A stretch of 60,904 nt of DNA, taken from an uncultured Bacilli bacterium (lineage in GTDB: Bacteria > Bacillota_I > Bacilli_A > RF39 > UBA660). Below are positions 27,385 through 37,437 of this stretch, piece after piece. The stretch is from the NCBI GenBank assembly GCA_944332435.1, contig CALVJW010000004.1, positions 1 to 60,904 on the forward strand, written 5' to 3'. Made by a program: the position numbers and the translations under genes. Every line of letters begins with the position of its first letter. Positions within the stretch are counted from its first letter, which is position 1. The notes beneath the pieces are model-generated. The model did not search any database, was not told the origin of the DNA, and saw only the letters and a list, made by a program, of their open reading frames with translations.

Positions 27385-28344
27385 TTATTTTTCTAGATAA
27401 TAGGCGTAATATTCATCGTAAGTAATTCCTAGATCATGAATTTTAGTAGCAACGTCTTTACCTACATAGCGGTAATGCCAAGATTCATAACTATATCCAG
27501 TAATATCTTCTTTTCCCTTTGGAAATCTTAAGATAAATCCATATTTATGAGCATTTTTTTGTAACCATTTAAATTCTTCAGTTTGATCAAATTCATTGTT
27601 ATAACTATTATAAGTTACAATATCAAGGGCAAGTCCTGTTTGATGCTCAGAGTGTCCTGCACGAGCAGCTCTGCTATCGGCATCTTCTTCTCCAGTACTA
27701 TTTGCGATACTATTCCATACTTCATCTTGTGATTGATAATCCCGATAAGAGGAAGTCACAATTAATGTTAATCCTTCTTTGTTAGCAGCATTCCACATAC
27801 TACGATATGCTTCATATACTTTTTTAGAAATTTGTTGTCCTTCGTATGCATATTGACTAGAAATTTCTACAATTTGATCTGGTTGAAAGTTTTTATTTAA
27901 TTTATGATATTTGTTAACTAGAATTAAATCACCTTTACTAGTATCAGTATTTTCTACATGTGTATAATATTCATAATCACGGTTAACATTTACCATAGTA
28001 ACAACATCTTTTACACTTAAATCACGATGCTTGTTTGCATAGTTTAAGTAACGATCTAAGTTTTTAAATATAAAATATCGCTGTGTTAGTAATTTTGGAA
28101 TGATTCGATTATAACGAAGTTCTTTTATTTTATCTAATTGTTCTTCATTATTTTTTGTCTTTTTTAAAATTGTTTCTACATCACTTTTATTATATCCTTT
28201 ATCTAGGAGTTTATATTCGTCACTCATACGATAAGTAATAGTATTAATTAAATATACCAGGATAATGATTCCTAATATCGTTCCTCCAATAAAGATTTTT
28301 CCAAATTTAGATAAGCGAATTCTTTTTTTCTTTCTAGTATTCAT
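27385..28344 (-). CDS. M15B (VanY-type) carboxypeptidase family protein with TM anchor
   Basis: 'RAGHSEHQTGLALDI' and 'ESWHYRYVG'. Start moved to MNTRKKK behind AAGGTGAT. Confidence 0.85.
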   Translation of the reverse strand: MNTRKKKRIRLSKFGKIFIGGTILGIIILVYLINTITYRMSDEYKLLDKGYNKSDVETILKKTKNNEEQLDKIKELRYNRIIPKLLTQRYFIFKNLDRYLNYANKHRDLSVKDVVTMVNVNRDYEYYTHVENTDTSKGDLILVNKYHKLNKNFQPDQIVEISSQYAYEGQQISKKVYEAYRSMWNAANKEGLTLIVTSSYRDYQSQDEVWNSIANSTGEEDADSRAARAGHSEHQTGLALDIVTYNSYNNEFDQTEEFKWLQKNAHKYGFILRFPKGKEDITGYSYESWHYRYVGKDVATKIHDLGITYDEYYAYYLEK

Positions 28345-28467
28345 GATTATCACCTTAGTTTTATTATAACCAAATTTTTACAATAATACAACTTGATATG
28401 GATTAATTTGTATAATATTATCAGAATGGTAAATGGTAATAATAAATGATAAAATAGGTGAGATAAG

Positions 28468-28980
28468 ATGAACACATTAGTATTATGTTTAACAATATTT
28501 TTTGCTAGAATTACGGATGTTACACTAGGTAGTTTAAGAATTATTTTTTTGGGAAAAGAAAAATCTTTTTTAGCTTTTTGTTTTGGCTTTTTAGAAATTT
28601 TTATTTGGTTTATGATTGCAAAAAATGCTTTGGCCAAAGGAGATAATTGGTGGATTGTTTTAGCATATTGTTTTGGATATGCCGTTGGAACTTATATTGG
28701 TAGTTTAATTAGTCAACATTTTATTAAGGGGACATTAGGTGTTCAAATTGTAACAAGTTCTCGGGATGATGAAATGATTCATAGTTTAAGAAAAAGTGGG
28801 TATGCTGTATCTGCAATTGATATTCGTGGTCGAGATAAAAATAGTAGTAAGTATATGTTATTTTTAGAAATTAATAAGAAAAGATTTGATTCGTTACGTT
28901 ATTTAGTAAAAGAATTAGATCCAACTGCTTTTGTTGTTGTAAATGATACTAAGTATGTTCAAAATGGATATTTTAAGTAA
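28468..28980 (+). CDS. UPF0316/DUF2179 family membrane protein
   Basis: Three N-terminal TM helices ('ARITDVTLGSLRIIF') plus a C-terminal soluble domain. Architecture resembles B. subtilis YebE-type proteins (from memory). Confidence 0.65.
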   Translation: MNTLVLCLTIFFARITDVTLGSLRIIFLGKEKSFLAFCFGFLEIFIWFMIAKNALAKGDNWWIVLAYCFGYAVGTYIGSLISQHFIKGTLGVQIVTSSRDDEMIHSLRKSGYAVSAIDIRGRDKNSSKYMLFLEINKKRFDSLRYLVKELDPTAFVVVNDTKYVQNGYFK

Positions 28981-29027
28981 TAGTACTATTTTTTTTATTA
29001 TCACATATTTTTTATTAGAGGTGAAAC

Positions 29028-30215
29028 ATGAAAAAAATAGGGATAATAGGAATGATGATTGGTGTTATGTTTTCAACATTTATGATACCAGTAAAAGCAG
29101 ATGTAACTACACCTGTAAATGGAGCAGGATTAAAATTGGCGGAATCAGCAAAAAGTGTTATTATGTTAGAAGCAAGTACGGGAAAAATATTATATCAACG
29201 TAATGCTGATGAAAAGTTGGCACCAGCTTCTATGACAAAAATGATGAGTTTATTAATTATTATGGAATCGATAGAACAAGGTATTATTCGATTAGATGAA
29301 ATGGTTACTGTAAGTGAAAATGCATCGAGTATGGGTGGAAGTCAAATTTTATTGGAAACTGGAGAACAAATGAGTGTTGATGATTTAATTAAAGGGATTT
29401 CTATTGCTAGTGCGAATGATGCAGTTGTCGCATTAGCGGAAAAGATAGCTGGTAGTGAAGCTGAGTTTGTAAATAAGATGAATGAACGAGCAAAAAAATT
29501 AGGATTAAAGAACACGCATTTTAAAAATCCACATGGTCTTGATACAGCAGATCATTATTCTTCTGCACGTGATATGGGACTGATTGCCAAAGAATTAGTA
29601 AGACATAAAAAGATTTTAGATTATAGTTCTATTTATGAAGATTATTTAAGAGAAAATACTGATCGTAAAATTTGGTTGGTAAATACCAATAAATTAGTTC
29701 GTTTTTATGATGGAGTTGACGGATTAAAAACTGGATATACAGAAGAAGCAGGGTATTGTCTTACATCGACTGCACAAAGAAATGGAATGCGTATTATCAC
29801 AGTTGTGATGGGGGAACCAGATAGTAAAACAAGAAATAAAGAAACGACAGAACTATTAGATTACGCATTTGCTAATTATAAAATACAAACACTTGTAAAA
29901 GAACAAGAATCAATTGGTAAAGTAAAAGTATTAAAAGGAAAAGATAAATATGCTGACTTAGTTCCAGTAGAACAAGCTACTTTGTTAAGTAAAAAGGTGG
30001 AAAAAGATAAAAAAACGACTTATGAAGTGGAAATGGATTATATTGAGGCTCCGGTAAAAAAAGGTGATGTTGTTGGGAAAATGACATTACTAGCAGATGG
30101 AAAAAAGATAAGAGATGTGAATCTTACGGTAAAAGAAAATATCGAGAAAGCTTCTTTTTTAGAATTATTCTGGAATCATTTTAAGGATATTGTAAGTGGC
30201 CATATAACGATTTAA
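29028..30215 (+). CDS. D-alanyl-D-alanine carboxypeptidase (S11, PBP5/DacA-DacB type)
   Basis: Signal peptide plus the SxxK 'SMTKMM', SxN 'SANDA' and KTG 'KTGYT' motifs. Confidence 0.9.
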   Translation: MKKIGIIGMMIGVMFSTFMIPVKADVTTPVNGAGLKLAESAKSVIMLEASTGKILYQRNADEKLAPASMTKMMSLLIIMESIEQGIIRLDEMVTVSENASSMGGSQILLETGEQMSVDDLIKGISIASANDAVVALAEKIAGSEAEFVNKMNERAKKLGLKNTHFKNPHGLDTADHYSSARDMGLIAKELVRHKKILDYSSIYEDYLRENTDRKIWLVNTNKLVRFYDGVDGLKTGYTEEAGYCLTSTAQRNGMRIITVVMGEPDSKTRNKETTELLDYAFANYKIQTLVKEQESIGKVKVLKGKDKYADLVPVEQATLLSKKVEKDKKTTYEVEMDYIEAPVKKGDVVGKMTLLADGKKIRDVNLTVKENIEKASFLELFWNHFKDIVSGHITI

Positions 30216-30314
30216 ACTATCCTAAAAGGATAGTTTTTTTGTTGTTTGCAATTTTTTTAAAACTTTGTTATAATGACACTAGATTATATCATAATAGTGC
30301 AAGGAGGACTTTTA

Positions 30315-30851
30315 ATGAAAAAAAGGAAGAATGTTAGTGTTATTTTAGTTACTGTATTTTGCATGATTGTTTTATTTATGGGCGTAGGGTATGCATCTTT
30401 TCAAGAAATTTCAACAGTAAATGGAACGGTTAATAATGGAAGTGTATGGAATGTGCATTTTGATAATATCGAAGCGACTGTACCAGATGGAAGTTTAGCT
30501 ATCAATCATCAAGCACAATTGGATGCGACAAAAAATACGGCACTAATTGATGTTAGTTTAAGTCAGCCAAGTGATGAAATTTCTTATACGTTAACAGTTG
30601 TAAATGAAGGAAATATTGATGCCGTTGTTGATTCAATTGAAGTTGCAGAAGCAAGTGATGAAGAGGTAGAAACACGTGTATCTCCAATTTCTTATGCTGT
30701 GGATGGATTATCAAGTGGGGCAATTATACCAGCAGGCTCAAAAGCAACTTTTACAGTAACTGCAACTTATCATCAAACGGATGAAACGGTTATTACAAAT
30801 GAAAGGAAAAATGTTTCTGTAGTTGTACATTATGATTTAAGAACAAAGTAA
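30315..30851 (+). CDS. Secreted protein with SipW-cognate-type signal peptide (TasA/camelysin-like class)
   Basis: 'MKKRKNVSVILVTVFCMIVLFMGVGYASFQE' resembles the '..G.YA.F' SipW-dependent signal class. AAGGAGG RBS before the ATG at 30315. Sits directly upstream of a SipW-type peptidase gene. Confidence 0.6.
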   Translation: MKKRKNVSVILVTVFCMIVLFMGVGYASFQEISTVNGTVNNGSVWNVHFDNIEATVPDGSLAINHQAQLDATKNTALIDVSLSQPSDEISYTLTVVNEGNIDAVVDSIEVAEASDEEVETRVSPISYAVDGLSSGAIIPAGSKATFTVTATYHQTDETVITNERKNVSVVVHYDLRTK

Positions 30852-30924
30852 AGAGAATGTTGTGTTCTCTTTTTTTATTTTCTAAAACATGTTATAATAA
30901 AATTATGATAGAGAGTGTGAAACT

Positions 30925-32037
30925 ATGGAAAGACGAAAAAAAATAAAATTTATGATTTATGTTGCTAGTATCATCTTTTTTCTTATCTTTCTGTTCTTTC
31001 ATAATTCTTTTTTACCATTTCATCAATTATTAATACAATTGTTATTTTGGTTGATTATCGGAATAATATTGTTTGATACTTTTCCACCAATGAAAGAAAG
31101 AAAAAAAGATTTATTTCCTACTATTCGAATGGTTCTTTTAATTCTTTTTTGTTGCTATAGTATTGCATTTTTATTAGGATTATGGATAGGGTATATTAAA
31201 AATCCTTTTTTCCTTTCATTTGAATTACTATTAAAGCAGTTATTACCATTGATTTTGATTATTTTATTTCAAGAATATGTTCGAGGAAAGTTATTATTTC
31301 AAAGTACTTTTAAAGAACGTGTTTTTCTTACCGTTTTTTTTACTGCCATAACTAGTATTACTATTTTAACTATTTATCAAAGTCAAAATATGAACTTAAC
31401 GTTACTGTTTTTGATTGCAGTTGTTTTACCAAGCATTACTAATAATATGCTATATACGTATTTAACTTATGATAAGAGTTATAAATTATCACTGTTGGTT
31501 CGTTATCTTACAGAACTAATGATTTTTATGGTTCCGATTTTGCCACAGGTTTCTCTTATTTGGTGGACATTGTTAGCAACTATTTTACCGCTTTTGATTT
31601 TGGATCAATTATATCGTTATTTTCCTTATCAAAAGAAAAAATTTTATAAGAACTATCAAATCTTAGTCTATCCTGTTATTATCATTTTGATATATGTGTT
31701 AGTTTTAGTAACAGGTATTTCTCGATATCAAATGATTGCAGTAGCATCTAACTCTATGAAACCAGTTTTTGAAAGAGGAGATACGATTATCTTTGATAAG
31801 AAAAATAAAGAAATTAAATTAGATGATATTATTGTATTTAAACGAAATAAGCAGATTGTTATTCATCGTGTTCATAATATTATAAAACAAGGAAACAAAG
31901 TATACTATGAAACAAAAGGGGATAATAATTCTCTTCCGGATCATGATTATGTTTTTAAGAAAGATGTGATAGGTACTGTGACAGGACATATATCTTGTCT
32001 AGGATATCCTTCCATATGGATAAAAGAATTAATATAA
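30925..32037 (+). CDS. Polytopic membrane domain fused to an S26B (SipW/archaeal-type) signal peptidase I domain
   Basis: The C-terminal roughly 115 aa carry 'SNSMKP' (Ser), 'VIHRV' (His) and 'TKGDNNSLPD' (Asp), as in B. subtilis SipW. About 250 aa with multiple hydrophobic helices precede this domain. Confidence 0.75.
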   Translation: MERRKKIKFMIYVASIIFFLIFLFFHNSFLPFHQLLIQLLFWLIIGIILFDTFPPMKERKKDLFPTIRMVLLILFCCYSIAFLLGLWIGYIKNPFFLSFELLLKQLLPLILIILFQEYVRGKLLFQSTFKERVFLTVFFTAITSITILTIYQSQNMNLTLLFLIAVVLPSITNNMLYTYLTYDKSYKLSLLVRYLTELMIFMVPILPQVSLIWWTLLATILPLLILDQLYRYFPYQKKKFYKNYQILVYPVIIILIYVLVLVTGISRYQMIAVASNSMKPVFERGDTIIFDKKNKEIKLDDIIVFKRNKQIVIHRVHNIIKQGNKVYYETKGDNNSLPDHDYVFKKDVIGTVTGHISCLGYPSIWIKELI

Positions 32038-32047
32038 AGGAGTTTAT

Positions 32048-33106
32048 ATGAAAAAGAAATGGAAAGTAAAAAAAAGTTGGATTTCTTCTATGAAATGGAT
32101 ATTAGCGATCATTCTCATTATAATGTCTTTATTTATTTTATTGGTTAGTATTGGAATAGAAGAACAAAAAGAATTAACAACAATAGAAGAAAAAGGTTAT
32201 TTAGATTATCAAGTATATTTAAAACCAAATCAATATTATCAAGTACCATATTTAAAAAAAGGAGAACGTTATATTTCAGCGTTAATTGATGCGATTAGTG
32301 TACAATTTGAATATGAATTAGATTCTAAAGAAGCTTTAAATTATGATGGAAAATACCGAATTGATGCATCATTAGATGTAAAACAAAAAAATGATACGAA
32401 AGATAGTAAAACTTTATGGGCAAAACAATTTGTAATTCAACCAACAAAACAAACAAAAATACAAAAGAAAAATAAAATCACGGTAAAAGATGAATTTGTA
32501 ATCGATTATGATATTTATACGAATTTAGTACGTACGTTTCAACAACAGTATCAAGTTGATGTAAGTGCAAATTTAGATGTTAAAATTTATATTGATACGG
32601 TTGGTACGTTAGAAAATAAAGACAAAGATATTACGAAAAATGTTGTGATGAGTTTACAAATTCCTTTGAATGAAACAACAATTGACTTTACGGAAGAAAA
32701 CAATATAATCAGAGGAAAAGAAGTTATTTTAGATGAAACTGATGAATTGGTTCATAATAAGCCGCTCTTTATTTTAGGATGTTTTCTATTATCAACGTCT
32801 ACAATTGTCTTTGTTTATTATGGATTAGAATTATTAAAAGATGGAAAAGAACAATATTCTTATAGTAAAGAAAAGAATCGAATTTTAAGAAAATATGATT
32901 CTGTGATTGTCAATGCAAAGAGAATACCAAATATGGAGGGCTTATCGATTATTGAAGTATCTAGTTTTGATGAGTTATTAGATGCGGAAGAAGAGTTGCA
33001 CACCCCAATTATCTTTGTTGAGATAATACCAGGAGCGGTTGGTTGGTTCTTTATCATTACACAAAATCAAGTCTGGCGTTATGTTTTAAAAGTAAAAGTG
33101 AAGTAA
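32048..33106 (+). CDS. DUF5305-like bitopic membrane protein
   Basis: N-terminal TM, about 200-aa extracytoplasmic region, second TM ('LFILGCFLLSTSTIVFVYY') and a C-terminal cytoplasmic domain. The family call is from remembered co-occurrence with SipW-like genes. Confidence 0.5.
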   Translation: MKKKWKVKKSWISSMKWILAIILIIMSLFILLVSIGIEEQKELTTIEEKGYLDYQVYLKPNQYYQVPYLKKGERYISALIDAISVQFEYELDSKEALNYDGKYRIDASLDVKQKNDTKDSKTLWAKQFVIQPTKQTKIQKKNKITVKDEFVIDYDIYTNLVRTFQQQYQVDVSANLDVKIYIDTVGTLENKDKDITKNVVMSLQIPLNETTIDFTEENNIIRGKEVILDETDELVHNKPLFILGCFLLSTSTIVFVYYGLELLKDGKEQYSYSKEKNRILRKYDSVIVNAKRIPNMEGLSIIEVSSFDELLDAEEELHTPIIFVEIIPGAVGWFFIITQNQVWRYVLKVKVK

Positions 33107-33183
33107 AGATTCTATTTTAGAATCTTTTTCGATGTAATTTTATTTTATTAGTGTTATACTAATGATAGATAGGATGGGATAAT

Positions 33184-33885
33184 ATGGCATATATTGAATT
33201 TTCTAAAATTACAAAATTATATCAAATGGGGGAAGTAGAGATTGTTGCTGCTAAAGAAGTTAGTTTTTCTGTAGAAAAAGGAGAACTCGTTGTTGTATTA
33301 GGACCAAGTGGTGCTGGAAAAACGACAATATTAAATATTCTTGGTGGAATGGATACTGCAACAAGTGGTACTTTTATGATGGATGGAAAGGATATTACGG
33401 CTTATGGACGAAAACAACTCATTCAATATCGTCGGCTAGACATTGGTTTTGTCTTTCAGTTTTATAATTTAATTCAAAATTTAACAGCGTTAGAAAATGT
33501 AGAACTTGCAGGTCAAATTTGTCCTAATCCGAGAAATCCCAAAGAAGTATTAACAGAAGTAGGATTAAAAAATCGTATGGCTAACTTTCCAGCCCAATTA
33601 TCCGGAGGAGAACAACAACGTGTTAGTATTGCTAGAGCTCTTGCGAAAAATCCAAAATTATTATTGTGTGATGAACCAACAGGTGCATTAGATTCTAAGA
33701 CGGGAAGAAAAATTTTGGAATTATTAGAAAAAACATGTCATGAGAAAAATATGACGACGATTATTGTAACGCATAATTCTAATATTGCAGAAATGGCAGA
33801 TAAAGTAATTCGAATGAAAAATGGAACGATTGAAGAAGTAATTACCCAGAAAAATCCGAAAAAGGTAAAGGATATTACTTGGTAA
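33184..33885 (+). CDS. ABC transporter ATP-binding protein (MacB/LolD-like)
   Basis: 'GPSGAGKTT', 'LSGGEQQRVSIARAL' and 'LLLCDEPTGALD'. Confidence 0.9.
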   Translation: MAYIEFSKITKLYQMGEVEIVAAKEVSFSVEKGELVVVLGPSGAGKTTILNILGGMDTATSGTFMMDGKDITAYGRKQLIQYRRLDIGFVFQFYNLIQNLTALENVELAGQICPNPRNPKEVLTEVGLKNRMANFPAQLSGGEQQRVSIARALAKNPKLLLCDEPTGALDSKTGRKILELLEKTCHEKNMTTIIVTHNSNIAEMADKVIRMKNGTIEEVITQKNPKKVKDITW

Positions 33886-36419
33886 TGAAATTATTATTAA
33901 AAAATGCGTTTTTTAAAGTCCGAAAGTCATTTGGACGCTTTTTATCACTTCTATTAATCGTTGCTTTAGGTCTTGGTTTTTTCGCAGGACTTAGAGAAAC
34001 AGCTCCGGATATGCTTTATACTGCAAATTATTATTATCAAGAAACAAAATTAATGGATGCGAAAATTGTTAGTGCAATGGGACTTGATGAATCCGATGTT
34101 ACGGCATTAAAAGAATTATCAGATTTATCGCAAGTAGTACCTAGTTACTCTAAAGAAATACTTGCAAATAAAGAGGTTGTAACCGTTCATTCCTTAGAAG
34201 AAACTATCAATCAAGTAACATTAACAAAAGGAAGAATGCCAAAAAATAATGACGAATGTTTAGGAGAAGACGGACATTATAAAATCGGTCAAATAGTTGA
34301 ATTTGATGCTAGTGAACAAGAAAACTTTAAAAAAACAACATGTAAGATTGTTGGAACCGTTACTTCTCCAATTTATATCGCAACAGAAAAAGGAATTTCT
34401 AATTCTGGAAATGGAAAAATTAATTCTTTCTTGTATTTACCAAAAGACAATTTTAACTTACCATATTATACAGAAATATATCTTCGTATGAAAGATACGG
34501 ATCAATACGATAGTTATAAAGAAGATTATAAAAATTATTATAAAAAAGTGGAAAAAAAGATTGAAAAAGTAAAAACAAAGCAAGAAAAGAAGCGATATGA
34601 TTCTTTACAAAATGAATTCATAGAGCAAAAAAATAAATTAGAGACAGAGTTAGTAAAAATAGAGAATCAATTAACAATGGTACCTAGCACTAGTTCGAAT
34701 GCTATGATATTAAATCAAACAAAATTACAATTAGAACAATCGTTACAAACGTTGCAAGAACAAAGTTCTAATTTAACAAAACCTACTTGGTATATTTTTG
34801 ATCGAACAAATATTAATGGATATACAAGTTTTGAAGAAGATGCTTTAAAAGTTAGTTCTATTGCAAGTATTTTTCCAATTTTCTTTATCTTAGTAGCTGC
34901 TTTCATGTGTTTTAATACTATGACTAGAATGATTGAAGAAGAAAGAACGGAGATAGGAATTTTATCTGCACTAGGATATACTTCAAGAAAAATTATTAGT
35001 AGCTATTTATACTATGTTTTCATTGCAACCATTACTGGAATTGCAATTGGATTTTTAATTGGTTACAATTTAATTCCGCGTATTATTTATGATATTTATG
35101 CGGCAAATTATGTTTTACCAGAATTGATTATTGTGATAAACAAGATTGCTTTTATTAGTATGATTGCTATCACACTTATCCTTATCCTTACTGTTACAGT
35201 TTTTGCTTGCATGAAAGAATTGAAATGTAAACCAGCTATTTTATTACGTCCTAAATCACCAAAGAGTGGGAAAAAAGTATTGTTAGAATTTATTCCAATT
35301 CTATGGAATCGTTTTTCCTTTATTTGGAAAGTAACAATTCGCAATATGTTTCGATATAAAAAACGTATTTTTATGACAGTACTTGGTGTAGCAGGATGTA
35401 CGGCGTTATTATTAACCGGTTTAGGATTAAAAGATGGAATTGCTTCTATTGGTGATATTCAATATCAAGAGTTAAATCGTTATGATGCATTACTGGTGTT
35501 ACAGAATCAAAATGAGACAATTACAAGTGAACATATCAAAGATTCTATTTCGTTATCACAAACTCTTAGTACATTTAAAACAAAAGGAAAAACACATGAT
35601 GCTACAATCATTGTTCCAAAAGAAAAAGACAAATTAAATCAATATATTGTCTTACGTGATTATAAAACAAAAGAAAAATTAACGTTACCGAATGATGGGG
35701 TTTTGATTACTGAAAAAATAGCCGAGTTATTAAAAGTTGATGTTGGAGATTATATTTCTATTGAATTAAATGATCATAAAAAAGTTTCTCTTCCAGTAAA
35801 AGGGATTGTTGAAAACTATGCCTTACATTATATCTATATGTCAGAAGAAGTGTATCAAAAATATATTGACTCTAATTTAAATTATCAAACATTAGCAATT
35901 AAATTAGATCAGGAAGAGGAAGATGTTATTGCCGAAGAACTTTACAAGAATTCTTCAGTACAAAGTATTTTCTTTACTAGTGATAATATGGAAACGTTTG
36001 ATATTATGATTGATGGGTTAAATCAAATTATTTATTTGATTGTTGGTGCAGCAAGTTTACTTGCATTAGTTGTTTTATATAATTTAACAGCCATTAATAT
36101 CAATGAACGTTTGCGTGAAATTGCAACCCTCAAAGTATTAGGATTTAAAGATAAAGAAGTATCTAACTATATTGATCGGGAAACGATGATGCTGACATTA
36201 ATTGGTATTTGTGTTGGATTATTCTTGGGTGTAATTTTACATCACTATGTTATACTGACAGCTGAAATGGATAATATGAAATTTATTAGAGAAATAGCAC
36301 CATCTAGTTATGTATTAGCTTTTGTTATGACATTATTATTTAGTATTATCATTGAATTTTTCACTTATTTCCGATTAAAGAGAGTAGACATGATCGATTC
36401 TTTAAAATCAGTAGAATAA
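33885..36419 (+). CDS. FtsX-family ABC transporter permease (duplicated FtsX domain, coiled-coil insert)
   Basis: About 845 aa with two 4-TM FtsX-like blocks and a coiled-coil region. TAATG stop-start overlap with the ATPase gene. Confidence 0.85.
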   Translation: MKLLLKNAFFKVRKSFGRFLSLLLIVALGLGFFAGLRETAPDMLYTANYYYQETKLMDAKIVSAMGLDESDVTALKELSDLSQVVPSYSKEILANKEVVTVHSLEETINQVTLTKGRMPKNNDECLGEDGHYKIGQIVEFDASEQENFKKTTCKIVGTVTSPIYIATEKGISNSGNGKINSFLYLPKDNFNLPYYTEIYLRMKDTDQYDSYKEDYKNYYKKVEKKIEKVKTKQEKKRYDSLQNEFIEQKNKLETELVKIENQLTMVPSTSSNAMILNQTKLQLEQSLQTLQEQSSNLTKPTWYIFDRTNINGYTSFEEDALKVSSIASIFPIFFILVAAFMCFNTMTRMIEEERTEIGILSALGYTSRKIISSYLYYVFIATITGIAIGFLIGYNLIPRIIYDIYAANYVLPELIIVINKIAFISMIAITLILILTVTVFACMKELKCKPAILLRPKSPKSGKKVLLEFIPILWNRFSFIWKVTIRNMFRYKKRIFMTVLGVAGCTALLLTGLGLKDGIASIGDIQYQELNRYDALLVLQNQNETITSEHIKDSISLSQTLSTFKTKGKTHDATIIVPKEKDKLNQYIVLRDYKTKEKLTLPNDGVLITEKIAELLKVDVGDYISIELNDHKKVSLPVKGIVENYALHYIYMSEEVYQKYIDSNLNYQTLAIKLDQEEEDVIAEELYKNSSVQSIFFTSDNMETFDIMIDGLNQIIYLIVGAASLLALVVLYNLTAININERLREIATLKVLGFKDKEVSNYIDRETMMLTLIGICVGLFLGVILHHYVILTAEMDNMKFIREIAPSSYVLAFVMTLLFSIIIEFFTYFRLKRVDMIDSLKSVE

Positions 36420-36445
36420 AAAAAGAAAAGTCGTAAGACTTTTCT

Positions 36446-36751
36446 TTATTCATTTACCCTAGATAAATCGATGATAAGATCCATATTATCATCTTTTGCC
36501 ATAATATTTTTATGTTTTTGTTTACAAGTTTCACATACATATAAAATTTTATAGGTATTTTTAAATTTTTCAATACCTACGGGCTTTAATAATCCATGAC
36601 AAGTATTTTGTCTATCACCGGGAAAAATGTCAACATGTTTTGAATATAAACAATATGGGCAGTGATCGCGTGCCGTATAATTTAATTTTGTTACTTCCAT
36701 TCCACAGTGTTCACAAATAAAATTTTCGTCTTTCATAGTAAATCGTTTCAT
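36446..36751 (-). CDS. RNHCP domain protein
   Basis: 'FICEHCG......ARDHCPYCLYSKHVD' and a second Cys pair 'CETCKQ'; about 100 aa. Confidence 0.65.
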   Translation of the reverse strand: MKRFTMKDENFICEHCGMEVTKLNYTARDHCPYCLYSKHVDIFPGDRQNTCHGLLKPVGIEKFKNTYKILYVCETCKQKHKNIMAKDDNMDLIIDLSRVNE

Positions 36752-36823
36752 AATTTCACCAAAAAAGTTATATCAAATATAAAAAAAGTTTGCTATAATA
36801 TATGGAAAAAAAGGAGAATTTAT

Positions 36824-37393
36824 ATGGATGTAACAATTGATAAGATAAAACCTGGAAAAATAAAAGAAGTTAGAGCTGAGTATAATAAAATGTTTAAACT
36901 AGACAAAAATAATGGTTTTTTTACGGAAGAACAAATCGCAATGTTAGAAGATATCAATAAACAACATTTCATTCGTATTTTAGTAGAGTATCGAAGAGTT
37001 AAATATGAAATGAGACATCAACAGAAATATATGGGGCATAAGTTAATTTTAAAATTAGAACAAGAACCGTCAGGAACATATCGTTTTTCTTTTTATGAAA
37101 CAGATTATCATTTACGTAATACGAATTTATTACTTGTTAGTCTTGCACATTTAACCAAAAATGAAGTAGAGGCCTTTTTATATGTTCATTCAAAAGATTA
37201 TCCTAATATGATAATTGATCATGAGGAAGATTATTTTACAGCAAATTCCATTTTCTATTCTTCCGAAACATTCGATATTGAATTTTTATGTACAACATCG
37301 ATTAATCAAGTATTATTAGGACAACTACAATCAATGCTACAAGTGTCTAAAGAAAAGAAAAGTTATCAATTAAGTAAGAATTTGCAATTTTAA
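36824..37393 (+). CDS. Hypothetical protein (189 aa)
   Basis: TGCTATAAT promoter and AAGGAG RBS 7 nt before the ATG (MDVTIDKIK). The listed longer ORF overlaps the divergent gene. Confidence 0.55.
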   Translation: MDVTIDKIKPGKIKEVRAEYNKMFKLDKNNGFFTEEQIAMLEDINKQHFIRILVEYRRVKYEMRHQQKYMGHKLILKLEQEPSGTYRFSFYETDYHLRNTNLLLVSLAHLTKNEVEAFLYVHSKDYPNMIIDHEEDYFTANSIFYSSETFDIEFLCTTSINQVLLGQLQSMLQVSKEKKSYQLSKNLQF

Positions 37394-37437
37394 ATATCTG
37401 TGGTAAAATACATATTACTTTAGAAATGGGGGGTATT

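Noticed and set aside
28350-28637. Listed ORFs 28350..28637 (-), 28943..29203 (+), 9148..9336 (+), 39984..40205 (-) and 54798..55043 (-) in or across intergenic regions
   Set aside because: They overlap promoters or RBS regions or the starts of better-supported genes. They lack an RBS and encode hydrophobic or low-complexity strings. I treat them as non-coding.
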